64,000 bases of DNA from an uncultured delta proteobacterium (GCA_963755715.1 CAVWLW010000074.1:32001-96000), one strand, 5' to 3'. Shown: positions 36,937-46,888, counted from the first letter of the stretch. Program-made: numbers and translations. Notes: a model not told the origin generated them from the sequence alone.

Positions 36937-37779
36937 GTGGAAAAGATCGGTATGATTGGCACCGGCGCGATGGGATTGGCGCTGCTCGAACGGCTCAAGG
37001 TCGCGGGCGTTAACGCCGTCTGCTACGACGCCTACGCGCCGGCGCTGGAGCAGGCGGGGGCATTGGGCATGCGCACTGTCGGCAGCTCGGCGGAAGTTGC
37101 CGCGGAGTCGACGCTGATCGATATCGTCGTACGCACCGATGAGGACATGGTCGATTGCGTTATCGGCGCGCATGGGGTTTTGGCGAATGCGCAGCCGGGA
37201 ACTCTATTGTTGCTGCACAGTTCGATACTGCCGCAGACGATGATTAAAGTCGGGCAAGCAGCAAGCGGCAAAGGCGTGCACGTGGTCGATGCCTGCATGA
37301 CCGGCGTGCCGGACGCTGTGCGCGCCGGTGAATTGTGCTTTGTTGTCGGCGGCGCGGAGGACTTGGTGCAACGCGCCAGGCCACATTTGCTCAAGATGAG
37401 CAAAGAGGTTTTTCACATGGGGCCGCTCGGCACCGGCGCCGTGGGAAAGCTGATCGTGAACATGCTCGGCGGCGCAGAGACGCTGATTGTGCACGAAGCG
37501 ATTCAGATCGGTTTGGCGGGCGGCATTCCTTATCCGAAGGCGCTAGAGATGATGCGCCGCATCGGCCACAATAGCGTGCTCAACCGCTGGCAGCGCACGT
37601 TCGACCCGGTGGGAAACGATCCGCTGCCGAGATCGGGCCGGAACGTTTTGAACAAAGACATTCCGCTGGTTGCCGAGTTGGCACGGCTGCACGACCTCGA
37701 TGTCCCGATCACTCGGCAATTGGCTGCATCGGCCAAGCGCATTGTCGATGCCAATGAAAAACGCAACAAGAAGTCATAG
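36937..37779 (+). CDS. NAD(P)-dependent beta-hydroxyacid dehydrogenase family
   Basis: IGTGAMG, VDACMTG, VGG, GTGAVGKLIVN, KDI. Confidence 0.88.
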   Translation: MEKIGMIGTGAMGLALLERLKVAGVNAVCYDAYAPALEQAGALGMRTVGSSAEVAAESTLIDIVVRTDEDMVDCVIGAHGVLANAQPGTLLLLHSSILPQTMIKVGQAASGKGVHVVDACMTGVPDAVRAGELCFVVGGAEDLVQRARPHLLKMSKEVFHMGPLGTGAVGKLIVNMLGGAETLIVHEAIQIGLAGGIPYPKALEMMRRIGHNSVLNRWQRTFDPVGNDPLPRSGRNVLNKDIPLVAELARLHDLDVPITRQLAASAKRIVDANEKRNKKS

Positions 37780-37818
37780 TTTTCGTATGGCCATCGCCGA
37801 CGAAGGGAAAAGCAAAAA

Positions 37819-38871
37819 TTGAAATTCAGTCTGTTTACGGAAATTCAATGTCCGCCGGGCTCGTCACCGACGGCGCGGCTCGAAGAATTCATGGAACAAG
37901 CCGAGCTGGCCGATCGCTTGGGATTCTACACCTACTGGATTGCAGAGATTCACTGCCAGCCTAAATTTTCGCTGCTCTCCGCTCCTTACGTTGTGCTTGG
38001 TGCGGTGGCGCAGAGAACCAAACGTCTGCGCCTCGGTGTCGCCGTCAACACATTGCCGGTGCACCATCCGGTGCAGCTTGCCGAAGAAGCGGCGATGCTC
38101 GATCTGGTCAGCAACGGCCGGATGGATTTCGCCGCCGGCGGCGGTCATCCGCACAGCCGAGCGTATGAATGCTTCGGCGCCGATCACAAGTCGACTCACG
38201 ACGTCATGGCCGAGTCGCTCGAAGTGATTCGCAAAGCGTGGTCCGAACCGACGCTTGCCTACAGCGGTAAGTTTTTTCAGATTCCCGAAGTGATCGTCAA
38301 TCCGAAACCGGTGCAGCATCCGCTGCCGCCAGTCTACATGGCAACGAGCTCGCTCGACGGCGTCGAAGTCGGCGCGCGCTTGGGGATCAATATGTTCTTG
38401 CCGATTCACACGCGCGCCCCAGAACAGGTTGTCGAGTACGCGCAGGCGTACTGGGACGGTCTGAAGAAAAATGGCCATGAACCGAAAAGCCGGGAGCTCG
38501 GCTTGTTGATTCCAATGCACTTGGCCGCGACGACCGCCGAAGCGAAAAGCCGCGCGGAAGCCGGCGTGATGAGTTATTTCAAAACGATCCTCGACCTGCG
38601 CTTGGATTACACCGATTGGCTGACGCGACGCGGCGTCGAGCTGCCGTCGCGCTTGCGCACTGCGGCGGGAACGATGGTCGGGTTCGACACGGTCTGTGAA
38701 AAACATGCGGTCATCGGCGATGCCAATCTTGCCGTTGAGAAACTCAAAGAACTGACGCAAAAAACCGGCGCGACGAATCTGCTCACATGGTTCAACATCG
38801 GCACCGTGCCGCATCCGCTTGTAAAGGAGTCGATGGAGCGGTTTATTAAAGACGTGATGCCGAAGCTGTAA
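37819..38871 (+). CDS. Luciferase-like (LLM) flavin-dependent oxidoreductase
   Basis: ADRLGF..WIAEIH, RTKRLRLG, HPVQLAEE.AMLD.SNGR, PKPVQ.P.PP. Confidence 0.9.
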   Translation: MKFSLFTEIQCPPGSSPTARLEEFMEQAELADRLGFYTYWIAEIHCQPKFSLLSAPYVVLGAVAQRTKRLRLGVAVNTLPVHHPVQLAEEAAMLDLVSNGRMDFAAGGGHPHSRAYECFGADHKSTHDVMAESLEVIRKAWSEPTLAYSGKFFQIPEVIVNPKPVQHPLPPVYMATSSLDGVEVGARLGINMFLPIHTRAPEQVVEYAQAYWDGLKKNGHEPKSRELGLLIPMHLAATTAEAKSRAEAGVMSYFKTILDLRLDYTDWLTRRGVELPSRLRTAAGTMVGFDTVCEKHAVIGDANLAVEKLKELTQKTGATNLLTWFNIGTVPHPLVKESMERFIKDVMPKL

Positions 38872-38880
38872 GATCGGTGT

Positions 38881-38904
38881 GTAGGGGCACGGCAGGCCGT
38901 GCCC
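38881..38904 (+). repeat. GTAG-family REP palindrome
   Basis: GTAG followed by GGGCACGGC-AG-GCCGTGCCC, 10 nt after the LLM stop codon. Confidence 0.75.
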
Positions 38905-38942
38905 GCATCGATGCACCGTGAAACTGTAATCGGAGGATTAAC

Positions 38943-39296
38943 ATGGAAGAGTTGACCGAACAAAAATGCGTAGCTTGCCGCGTCGGCGCGCCGTCGGTGA
39001 CGCCGGAGGAGACGAAAGAACTCCAGCCTCAAGTGCCGGAGTGGCAGATCGTGACTGAAGACGGGATTCCGAAATTGGATCGCCTGTTCAAGTTCAAAAA
39101 TTTCAAAGACGCTATTTCATTTACCGACGAAGTCGGCGCAGCGGCTGAAGAAGAAGGTCATCATCCACGCATTACGACGGAGTGGGGCAAGGTTGCCGTC
39201 ACGTGGTGGACGCACAAGATCAAGAATTTGCATAAGAACGACTTCATCATGGCCGCGAAGACCGACGCGATCTATAAGAAGTATGCTCAGTTGTAA
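38943..39296 (+). CDS. phhB: Pterin-4-alpha-carbinolamine dehydratase
   Basis: KCVAC, FKNF, AEEEGHHP, WWTH, NDFIMAAK. Confidence 0.93.
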   Translation: MEELTEQKCVACRVGAPSVTPEETKELQPQVPEWQIVTEDGIPKLDRLFKFKNFKDAISFTDEVGAAAEEEGHHPRITTEWGKVAVTWWTHKIKNLHKNDFIMAAKTDAIYKKYAQL

Positions 39297-39784
39297 GCAT
39301 TCCACCAGGTTTTTGGGTAACCGGCATTAGATTGATTAGAAGAACCGCGAAATACTAACGACGCAGCGCTGGAGGAAATTTCTTAAAGGCGAGTTTCATT
39401 AGCCAGCGATTTTCGCTGGCATCGGGTTCCAGAGCGAAGTTCCACCGTTTGTATCCAGGGGTGGTAGCCACCAGGCTACGCAAATCGGCGATGATCCAGT
39501 CCAAGCCTTTACGCTGAGCTTGCGCGTGAAGCGGCCCTGTTCGTCGAACGAATAAATAGCGATTTCACCGAGCACGTCCGTGCCGTCGATACGATTGACG
39601 ACAATAAAATGAGACAAAAGAATAGCCTCATCGATTCAGGCTTCCGAGTATTAATAAAAGTGTTTATGCAGAGATCTGCATGGAGAACATGATCGTCGCA
39701 AGAGCTCTTGGCGGTTGTAATTTTAGATTTTTAGAACGATTAGGACGCTAATGCGGTGGCCAAATCCGTGCTCACGGTTGCCGG

Positions 39785-41446
39785 CTATTGCATTACCTGA
39801 TCGATCACCACATCTACGTTCTTTGTCCCCACTTCCGCAGGATTTTTTTTGTACTCCCCGGTCATGTCGCCGGGGGTGCGGGTGACGGGGTTGCCGTCTT
39901 TGTCGAGGCGAACGGTGAGGTTGATCTTGCCGGTGAAGGGCGTGCCTTGCATCATCACGTTTTCCTGACTCAACGAGTAGGTAAGCGGAAAGACCGGCTT
40001 GTCGATTTTTTTGACGGCGAGGGGCGGGCCGCCGGCGCCGCCGCCGGGGCGGGCGATGATGAACAGCGCGGCGTTGGGATCGACGTTGGCTTTGAGCTTC
40101 GGGTCGATAGTGATTTTGCCACTGATTTGTGCGGACGATGGCGCAGCGGCTGTCGGAGTCTTCTCAGTTGCGGCTGATCGGGTTGAGTTGCCGCCGGTCG
40201 CCGGGATCTCGGCGAGCACTTTGACGATCTCATTTCGTTGTTCGCCTGCGGGAAGGAGATTCAAAAGCCGCTCCAGGATTTCACGCGCGCCGGCAAAATC
40301 TTTTTTGTCTTGGTACAAGACCATCCCTTTGCCCCAGAGCGCCATGGGAAAATTCGGCGCTTGAGATAAAGCTTTGTCGAAGGCCATCAACGCGCCGTCG
40401 CCGTGACCGGCTTGCACCAAAATAAATCCCATGTAGCTGTGTGCTTCCGGATTGTTCGGATCGGCGGCGAGGACTTTTTTGAAAGCTTCGATCGCTTTGG
40501 GAAAATCCTGATTGCCGAAAGCCTGTTTGCCTTCGTTGAGCGCTGCGCGGACCTCGACGGATGAGGAGTTGGTGCCGGTCAGGAAATCGCCGGTCATCGT
40601 GTCGTTTTCCGATTCGCGCGGGCGCACCGACTTGGTCAGCATCACGCCTAACGCCAGGCCGAAGAGCATAAGAAAAGTTCCACCGGCAATGATCTGCCAG
40701 CGGCGGAATTGAGATGGGTTGGCGTTGACCTTGACGTCACGAGCGCGGGACTTGCCCGCAGGCGCGGGCTTGGCTGCGGGCTCCGGCGGCAGCGAACCGA
40801 GTTGTTGAATGACGGTGCCCGCTTTGGTTTCGATCTCCTGCTTGAGCCCCGTGTAGTCCGACTCAGAAAGTTTGCCGGATTGAAAGTCGAAGTCTAGATC
40901 GATCAATTCATTGCGCAGCCGGGCGCGCTCGCGCAACAGTTGGGCCTTGGCGCTCGCGTCTTCAAGATCAGGCTCTTCGACATTTTTACGCAAAAGCTCA
41001 GCGCGGATTTGTTGAGAAACCGGCGCCGGAGCCGCGCTTTGCTCCGCGTTTTTTTTCCTGGCCACCCAGCGCCGCACAAACCAAAGCGCGGCGCTGACGC
41101 CGAGCACGAGCACGACGTACGGCAGGATCCACAAAAGCGCGCTGAAACCGGTAGTCTTCGGTTTGAGTAGCACCCATTCGCCGTATTTCGACACGAAGAA
41201 GGCTTTGATCTCGTCAGGCGATTTGCCGGCCTGCAGCTGCTCGCGCACGATGGCGCGCATCTGCTGGGCCATTTCCGAAGGCGAGTCGGCGACCGAAAGA
41301 TTTTGACAAACGACGCAGCGCAGCTCGGTGGCGACAGCGCGGGTTTGGTCGTCGAGATCGGGCGCGGTTGCGGCGTGGAGTGGATGAACGAATAAGACCC
41401 ATAGGGCGAATATGGCAAATAGCGTGCTTGGGCTCATCGTCTTCAT
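39785..41446 (-). CDS. ccmH: Cytochrome c maturation CcmH fused to CcmI/CycH-like TM, TPR and C-terminal domains
   Basis: LRCVVCQN, KYGEWVL, LDFDFQSGKLSESDY, TPR repeats, GPPLAVK...FPLTY...VRLDKDG. ATG 41446 overlaps the ccmG stop. Confidence 0.88.
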   Translation of the reverse strand: MKTMSPSTLFAIFALWVLFVHPLHAATAPDLDDQTRAVATELRCVVCQNLSVADSPSEMAQQMRAIVREQLQAGKSPDEIKAFFVSKYGEWVLLKPKTTGFSALLWILPYVVLVLGVSAALWFVRRWVARKKNAEQSAAPAPVSQQIRAELLRKNVEEPDLEDASAKAQLLRERARLRNELIDLDFDFQSGKLSESDYTGLKQEIETKAGTVIQQLGSLPPEPAAKPAPAGKSRARDVKVNANPSQFRRWQIIAGGTFLMLFGLALGVMLTKSVRPRESENDTMTGDFLTGTNSSSVEVRAALNEGKQAFGNQDFPKAIEAFKKVLAADPNNPEAHSYMGFILVQAGHGDGALMAFDKALSQAPNFPMALWGKGMVLYQDKKDFAGAREILERLLNLLPAGEQRNEIVKVLAEIPATGGNSTRSAATEKTPTAAAPSSAQISGKITIDPKLKANVDPNAALFIIARPGGGAGGPPLAVKKIDKPVFPLTYSLSQENVMMQGTPFTGKINLTVRLDKDGNPVTRTPGDMTGEYKKNPAEVGTKNVDVVIDQVMQ

Positions 41447-42009
41447 CGAACCGCCGAGTAGTCGCCTTTTCCTTCTTGGGCGCTGACGATGCCTTTGGCG
41501 GCTTCTTCGAGCTTGGCGATGACGAGGGCTGCGCGGATGCCGCCGACGTGTTTGTAGGTGATCCGTCCTTGGGGATCGATGAAAAAACTCTCCGGTATGC
41601 CCCACGTGCCGTAATCGACGCTGATCTTGCCGGACTCGTCTTTGCCGTTGGGATAGCTGACGTTGAACTCCTTCAAGAATTCCGACGAATTCTTGTCGGT
41701 GTCCTGCAGCGCGACGCCGAGAAAGACCATGTTTTTGTCTTTGACTTTCTGCCAAGCGGCTTCGAGATCGCGGGCTTCTTCGCGACAAGGCAAACACCAA
41801 GAGGCCCAGAAATTTATAAATATGGCTTTGCCGCGGAGATCGTCCAGCGTCAGCTTGCGCCCGTCGAAGAGCGTGACCGTAAACGGCGTCGCCGGCTTGG
41901 CGATCAGCGGCGAGACGATGTAGCGCGAATCGCGCCTGAAGCCATAGGCGAGCAGCGCCAAGACCGGCGCGATGATGAAGATCGTGATCGCCAAGCGTCG
42001 CCAGGGCAT
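41443..42009 (-). CDS. ccmG: Periplasmic thioredoxin (CcmG/TlpA)
   Basis: N-terminal TM, NFWASWCLPC, GIPESFFID. Confidence 0.9.
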   Translation of the reverse strand: MPWRRLAITIFIIAPVLALLAYGFRRDSRYIVSPLIAKPATPFTVTLFDGRKLTLDDLRGKAIFINFWASWCLPCREEARDLEAAWQKVKDKNMVFLGVALQDTDKNSSEFLKEFNVSYPNGKDESGKISVDYGTWGIPESFFIDPQGRITYKHVGGIRAALVIAKLEEAAKGIVSAQEGKGDYSAVR

Positions 42010-42077
42010 CTAGTCCTCGCTCCGCTCGGAACGGCAGATCTCTGCTCGCAAAATACAGATTGTGGATTCCAAAAAGA

Positions 42078-44039
42078 TCATGTCTCCGAAGATTCCGTCT
42101 TTCTCATCGGCCAGATGCAGACGAGAGTTCCCAAGGCGATGACACATCCACCAATCCACATCCAGATCACCAACGGGCGAACGAGCACTTTTAAGGTGGC
42201 GTGATTGCGATCCACTTCGCTGAAGCCCGAAAGAATCAAATAAATATCCTCATCCAAGCTACTCTGATGCACCGCGCGGCCGATGGGTGACTGTTGGGTC
42301 GGAAAAAATTTCAGCGCCGGGGTCAAAATGCCTTGATCGTTGCCGTTGTGAAAAACTCGAAAGGCGCCTTCGACACGAAAATGGGTCGGTTGCTGTGAGC
42401 CTTTTAAACCTTCGAACTGGACACGGTAGTTACCAAGTTGCAGTTCCTGCTTCACGGCCATCGTTGCTTCTTTCTCCAGGCTATAGGTCATTGAGCCGGC
42501 AATGCCCATCATGATCAACACGATGCCCAGATGAACGACGAATCCGCCGTAGCGCCGCTGATTGCGCCGCGCCAGAGTTACCAGACCGTAGAGGATGCCT
42601 TCGCCGGCGATGCGCTTGCGCGCGCGCAGCGCCAACGCGGTGTCGTAAAGAATCGAAAATACGACGAACGCCAACAGCGTAAATCCTAACAAGGGCAAAA
42701 AGTCGTGTACTTTCCAGGTAAACAATCCCAAGCCGAAAGCAAGCGAAGCGGTAGCGGGCCAGAAAAAATTGCGCTTCAGGTTGTCCCAAGAGGCGCGTCG
42801 CCAGGCGATCATCGGTCCGACGGCCATGAGAAAAACTAAAAAAAGAAACAGCGGCACGGTGACGGAGTTAAAATAAGGCGCGCCCACGCTGACTTGCACG
42901 CCGGCGACGGCCTCGGAGAGCAAAGGAAAGATCGTTCCGAGAAAAATCGTAAAGAGCGCCGAAACGAGCACGATGTTATTCAGCAAAAAAGCCGATTCGC
43001 GGCTGACCATCGAGTCGAGCTCCGGTTGCTCCTTGAGCAGATCGGCGCGATAGGCCACCAGGCCAAAGGACGCGAGTAGGATCACGGTGAGAAAGCCAAG
43101 AAAAAAACCGCCCACCGGTCCCGATGAGAACGCGTGGATCGACGACAGGATGCCCGAGCGGGTGAGAAAGGTGCCGAAGATGGTGAGGCTGAAAGCGACG
43201 ATGATCAGCGACAGGTTCCAAACCTTCAGCATGCGCCGGCGCTCCTGAACTTGAATCGAGTGCAAAAAAGCGGTTGCCGGTAGCCAGGGCATGAACGCGG
43301 CGTTTTCCACTGGATCCCACGCCCAGTAACCGCCCCAACCGAGGACATGATAGGACCACCAGGCGCCGACCAGATTTCCCGCAGTCAGGAAAAACCAGGC
43401 GATAATCGTCCAGCGCCGCGTACTGACGATCCACGCTTCGTCGAGCTTGCCGACGATCAGCGCCGCCATAGCAAACGCATACGGTACGGTGAGACCGACG
43501 AAGCCGGTGTAGAGCAGCGGCGGGTGCGTCATCATGTTAGCGTCTTCGAGCAGCGGATTTAAACCGCGACCGTCGAGCGGCACCGGCGAAATGATTTCGA
43601 AGGGATTCGACAGAAAGCCGACGACGCCAAGAAAAAAAGCCGATACGATACAAAAGATCATGATCACCCAGGGCATCATGTCTTTGTGCCGGTCGCGATA
43701 GAGCCACGCGACGACGCCCGAGAAAATGATCAGAATCCATTCCCAAAGCAGCAGCGAGCCTTCGAGTGCGCCCCACAAACCGGTCACGCGATAATAGATC
43801 GGCGTGGCGCGAGTCGTGTTGAAGGCGACGTATTTAATGGAAAAGTCCGTGGTGACCAGGCCGTAGATCAAAGCGGTGGCGGCCACCGTGACCAAAACGA
43901 ATTGCGCGAGAATCGCATAACGCGCGATTGACAAATATCGTCGGTCGCCTGAGCGCGCCGCAATAATAGGGCTGACGATCCCCGCGAGAGCTATGATAAA
44001 AGCCAGCAGGATGGAGCTATGGCCCAGATTCGCGGTCAC
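42078..44039 (-). CDS. ccmF: Heme lyase CcmF
   Basis: EGSLLLW, GLNPLL, HPPLLY, WGGYWAWDPVENA, SIHAF. Confidence 0.96.
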   Translation of the reverse strand: MTANLGHSSILLAFIIALAGIVSPIIAARSGDRRYLSIARYAILAQFVLVTVAATALIYGLVTTDFSIKYVAFNTTRATPIYYRVTGLWGALEGSLLLWEWILIIFSGVVAWLYRDRHKDMMPWVIMIFCIVSAFFLGVVGFLSNPFEIISPVPLDGRGLNPLLEDANMMTHPPLLYTGFVGLTVPYAFAMAALIVGKLDEAWIVSTRRWTIIAWFFLTAGNLVGAWWSYHVLGWGGYWAWDPVENAAFMPWLPATAFLHSIQVQERRRMLKVWNLSLIIVAFSLTIFGTFLTRSGILSSIHAFSSGPVGGFFLGFLTVILLASFGLVAYRADLLKEQPELDSMVSRESAFLLNNIVLVSALFTIFLGTIFPLLSEAVAGVQVSVGAPYFNSVTVPLFLFLVFLMAVGPMIAWRRASWDNLKRNFFWPATASLAFGLGLFTWKVHDFLPLLGFTLLAFVVFSILYDTALALRARKRIAGEGILYGLVTLARRNQRRYGGFVVHLGIVLIMMGIAGSMTYSLEKEATMAVKQELQLGNYRVQFEGLKGSQQPTHFRVEGAFRVFHNGNDQGILTPALKFFPTQQSPIGRAVHQSSLDEDIYLILSGFSEVDRNHATLKVLVRPLVIWMWIGGCVIALGTLVCIWPMRKTESSET

Positions 44040-44479
44040 TTGACGTAGGCTTCCTTGGCGGGAATGAAACTTTTAGCGGCGTCTTTGCCGTCGGTGTGCG
44101 GGCTGTACTCTTCGGCGTGTTTAGCCATGATCGTCGTAGCTTGAAACACGCCATCTTTGCCGATGCGTCCTTCGACGACAGCGCCCTTGCCTTCGCTAAA
44201 CAAGTCCGGCGGCACGCCTTTGAAGAACACCGGAAAATTTGTCGTGCCGTCGGTCAGCTCGAAGCGGTAGGTGAGATTTTGCAGGTCTTTTTGCATCGAT
44301 CCCTTTACGACCATGCCGCCCATGCGCAAGAACTTATCGGTGGAAGTATTTTCTTTGGCTCTTAGCTCGGATGGGGTGACGAAATAGACGATGGCTTCTT
44401 TCATGCCGCCAATGATCAAGTAAGAGATTGCCGCGAGAATAATGACCCCGCCGATCAAGAAACGTTTACTTTTTGACAT
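44036..44479 (-). CDS. ccmE: Heme chaperone CcmE
   Basis: YFVTPSE, RMGGMV, PDLFSEG, AKHAEEY (HxxxY). Confidence 0.95.
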   Translation of the reverse strand: MSKSKRFLIGGVIILAAISYLIIGGMKEAIVYFVTPSELRAKENTSTDKFLRMGGMVVKGSMQKDLQNLTYRFELTDGTTNFPVFFKGVPPDLFSEGKGAVVEGRIGKDGVFQATTIMAKHAEEYSPHTDGKDAAKSFIPAKEAYVK

Positions 44480-44621
44480 CGCGATCCGTCGCCTCCACCG
44501 AGCTGAGCACGTCCAGCTCGGCTTGCGCGCTATTGTAGCGCCGCTTCAACGAAATGAGGTACAGCAGGATTACCCCCCAGACAATTCCATACGCCAGCGC
44601 AACAAAACCCCAAGGTCCCAT
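44466..44621 (-). CDS. ccmD: Heme exporter protein CcmD (51 aa, absent from the ORF track)
   Basis: MGPWGFVALAYGIVWGVILLYLISLKRRYNSAQAELDVLSSVEATDRDVKK; TGATG overlap with ccmC; canonical position. Confidence 0.85.
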   Translation of the reverse strand: MGPWGFVALAYGIVWGVILLYLISLKRRYNSAQAELDVLSSVEATDRDVKK

Positions 44622-45328
44622 CAGCCGCCTCGCGCCAAGCGCCGCGCTTTGATCTCACCACGCATTTCACCGAACCGATAGCGCAACGATAGCAAATAAA
44701 AATAAAGCAACAAGAATCCGACAAAACTGATCGTTAAAGCGATCAGCATCGACGGATGAACATTTTCCCAGGGAGCTTTGTTCGGCTGTAAAATCGACGG
44801 CGGTTGATGCAAGGTGCGCCACCAGTAAACCGACATGTGGATCAATGGAATGTCGAGAAAGCCGATGATGCCCAATACCGCCGCGGCCGATGCGGCGCGG
44901 TTTTCATCTTCGATGAGCGATCGCAACATCAAATAACCGATATAGATCAATAAGAGGATCGCTGTGAGGGTAAGCCGCGCATCCCAGGTCCACCACACGC
45001 CCCACGTTGGGCGTCCCCAGATCGAGCCTTCGATGATCGTCAGCGCGGTGAACAGCACGCCGAGCTCGGCCGCCGAGTGCGCCAGGATATCGTCGCGCTT
45101 CTCACGTTTCCACAAATACATGCCGCTGCCGATGAACACTAAAAAATAAGAAAGATAAGCGGTGAGAATGCTCGGCAGATGCAGATACATGATGCGCTGG
45201 ACTTGGCCTTGATAAGCGTCCGGCGGCGCGATCACGAGACCCCAATACAGTCCGACGGCGATGGCGATGAGCGCCAAGGCGCCGAGAATGCCACGGCGTT
45301 TTTTGATCGGTCGAGCGCCTTTCTTCAT
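44621..45328 (-). CDS. ccmC: Heme exporter CcmC
   Basis: RIMYLHLP, WGRPTWGVWWTWDARLT, WWRTLHQ. Confidence 0.96.
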   Translation of the reverse strand: MKKGARPIKKRRGILGALALIAIAVGLYWGLVIAPPDAYQGQVQRIMYLHLPSILTAYLSYFLVFIGSGMYLWKREKRDDILAHSAAELGVLFTALTIIEGSIWGRPTWGVWWTWDARLTLTAILLLIYIGYLMLRSLIEDENRAASAAAVLGIIGFLDIPLIHMSVYWWRTLHQPPSILQPNKAPWENVHPSMLIALTISFVGFLLLYFYLLSLRYRFGEMRGEIKARRLARGG

Positions 45329-45329
45329 G

Positions 45330-46007
45330 TCAACTCTCGATGACGTGATCGAAAAGCAGGACGCCGAGGGTCAGAAATATCACATCAAAACCTAAAAGCA
45401 GCCGGAGCCAGGGGAGCGCCTCGCCGAGTTCACCCATGCGCAGAATATTTTCCATGCAGCGGATCGTCGCCAGTATGACTGGAATCATTAAAGGAAACAG
45501 CACCAGCGGCAGCAGCAGCTCGCGCGCCCGGGCGCGCAGCGTGACCGCTGCCATCATCGTTCCCAGGCCACAAAAGCCAACGGTACCTAACAAACTAACC
45601 AGAAATATTTGCGGTAGCAAATTCCATGAATGGAGATTGAAAAGGATCCAAAAGAGCGGGATGACCACGATCTCGACGAGAAGCATCAGGATCAAGTTGA
45701 AGCCGGTCTTGGCGAGAAACAGCGCGCCGCGATCGAGCGGCGACAGCAGCAGCGCATCGAGGCAATGATTTTCACGCTCGGCGTTGAAAAGTTGGGCGAG
45801 ACCCAAAGTGCCGGTGAAAAGGAACGCCAGCCAAAGCAGCGCCGGCGCCATTTCAACGATCTTGTCCGGCGCGAGATCGAAGGAAAAATGAAAGACAAAC
45901 AGCAGCAGCGTGCCGAAAAAAAACATCGTCAACAAGCTCTCGCGCCGGCGCAACTCCAGCAGGAGATCTTTCCAGAGCAGCAGGTAAGTTTCTTTGAGCA
46001 GCGTCAT
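45330..46007 (-). CDS. ccmB: Heme exporter CcmB
   Basis: KDLLLELR, LDALLLSP, LLLPLVLFPLMIPVI. Confidence 0.93.
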   Translation of the reverse strand: MTLLKETYLLLWKDLLLELRRRESLLTMFFFGTLLLFVFHFSFDLAPDKIVEMAPALLWLAFLFTGTLGLAQLFNAERENHCLDALLLSPLDRGALFLAKTGFNLILMLLVEIVVIPLFWILFNLHSWNLLPQIFLVSLLGTVGFCGLGTMMAAVTLRARARELLLPLVLFPLMIPVILATIRCMENILRMGELGEALPWLRLLLGFDVIFLTLGVLLFDHVIES

Positions 46008-46708
46008 GGGTCGCCGTGCGGCAGAAATTCACCGAAGGCTTGATCGAAGCTCGGCCAGGGCTGGCGTTTGGTTTCGTCGAAAGTCACCCGACCTTGATGC
46101 AAGATCACGGCGCGATTGCACAGCCGCAGCACGCGCGCGACATGATGCGAGGCGATGACGACAATGCCGCCCCGGGCACATTGCGCCAGCAAAAAATCTT
46201 CGAGCAGATCGACGCCGCTGCCGTCGAGCACGCCGTAAGGCTCGTCGAGCAATAAGAGCTCGGGTTGCAAAAGCCGCCACTTGGCGATGGAGAGACGGCA
46301 CTTCAGGCCGCTGGAAAGATTGGCCACGTATTCGCTTTGGCGCGCGGCGAGCTGAACGGCTGCAAGATTTTCCTCGATGGCGGCGTCGTGCGGGCGGCGA
46401 TAGAGCGACGCGAAGAAGCGGAGATTTTCCCCCACTGTAAGATTCTCGTATAAATGATCAACGGGAGACAGAAAACCGATCTTTCGGCGCAAGCCGGTGT
46501 TCCCGGGCGCAAATTCGGCGCCGTCAAAGCAGATCGATCCCAAGGTGGGGACGATCAATCCAGCGAGCAGTCGCAATAAGGTTGTTTTACCGGCGCCGTT
46601 GGGTCCGAGCAGGGCGGCGAGCTGTCCCGGTTGAAAATCGAGACGGACATCTCTAAGCGCCCACAAAAAACCGTAGGCTTTGGATAATTTGTCGATGGAC
46701 AGGTGCAA
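46004..46708 (-). CDS. ccmA: Heme exporter ATP-binding protein CcmA
   Basis: GPNGAGKTT, LSSG, LLLDEP; first gene of the ccm operon. TTG start inferred. Confidence 0.9.
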   Translation of the reverse strand: MHLSIDKLSKAYGFLWALRDVRLDFQPGQLAALLGPNGAGKTTLLRLLAGLIVPTLGSICFDGAEFAPGNTGLRRKIGFLSPVDHLYENLTVGENLRFFASLYRRPHDAAIEENLAAVQLAARQSEYVANLSSGLKCRLSIAKWRLLQPELLLLDEPYGVLDGSGVDLLEDFLLAQCARGGIVVIASHHVARVLRLCNRAVILHQGRVTFDETKRQPWPSFDQAFGEFLPHGDP

Positions 46709-46888
46709 GATCTGGTTCCGATGGCGACGCAGGTTTCGAGTATCGCTGCCGAGTCGCTCGACTATAGTGAGGGGAGGTTGCGGTTGCAAGTACGGTGGAA
46801 GTTTTGCTTTTTGACGCCTTAGTTTGACATTATTGCTGTAACTCCCCTATTTAGTAGTTGCGATCGTAGATCGCGCCTAAAGGAGGAA

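Noticed and set aside
37864-38916. Long antisense ORFs (this 350-aa one, also 25594-26598, 31603-32532, 61842-62777 and others)
   Set aside because: They shadow well-supported genes, as expected from GC-rich codon bias, and show no motifs.
41447-41800. N-terminal extension of the 671-aa ccmH ORF
   Set aside because: It overlaps ccmG in another frame; the signal-like N-terminus starts at 41446.
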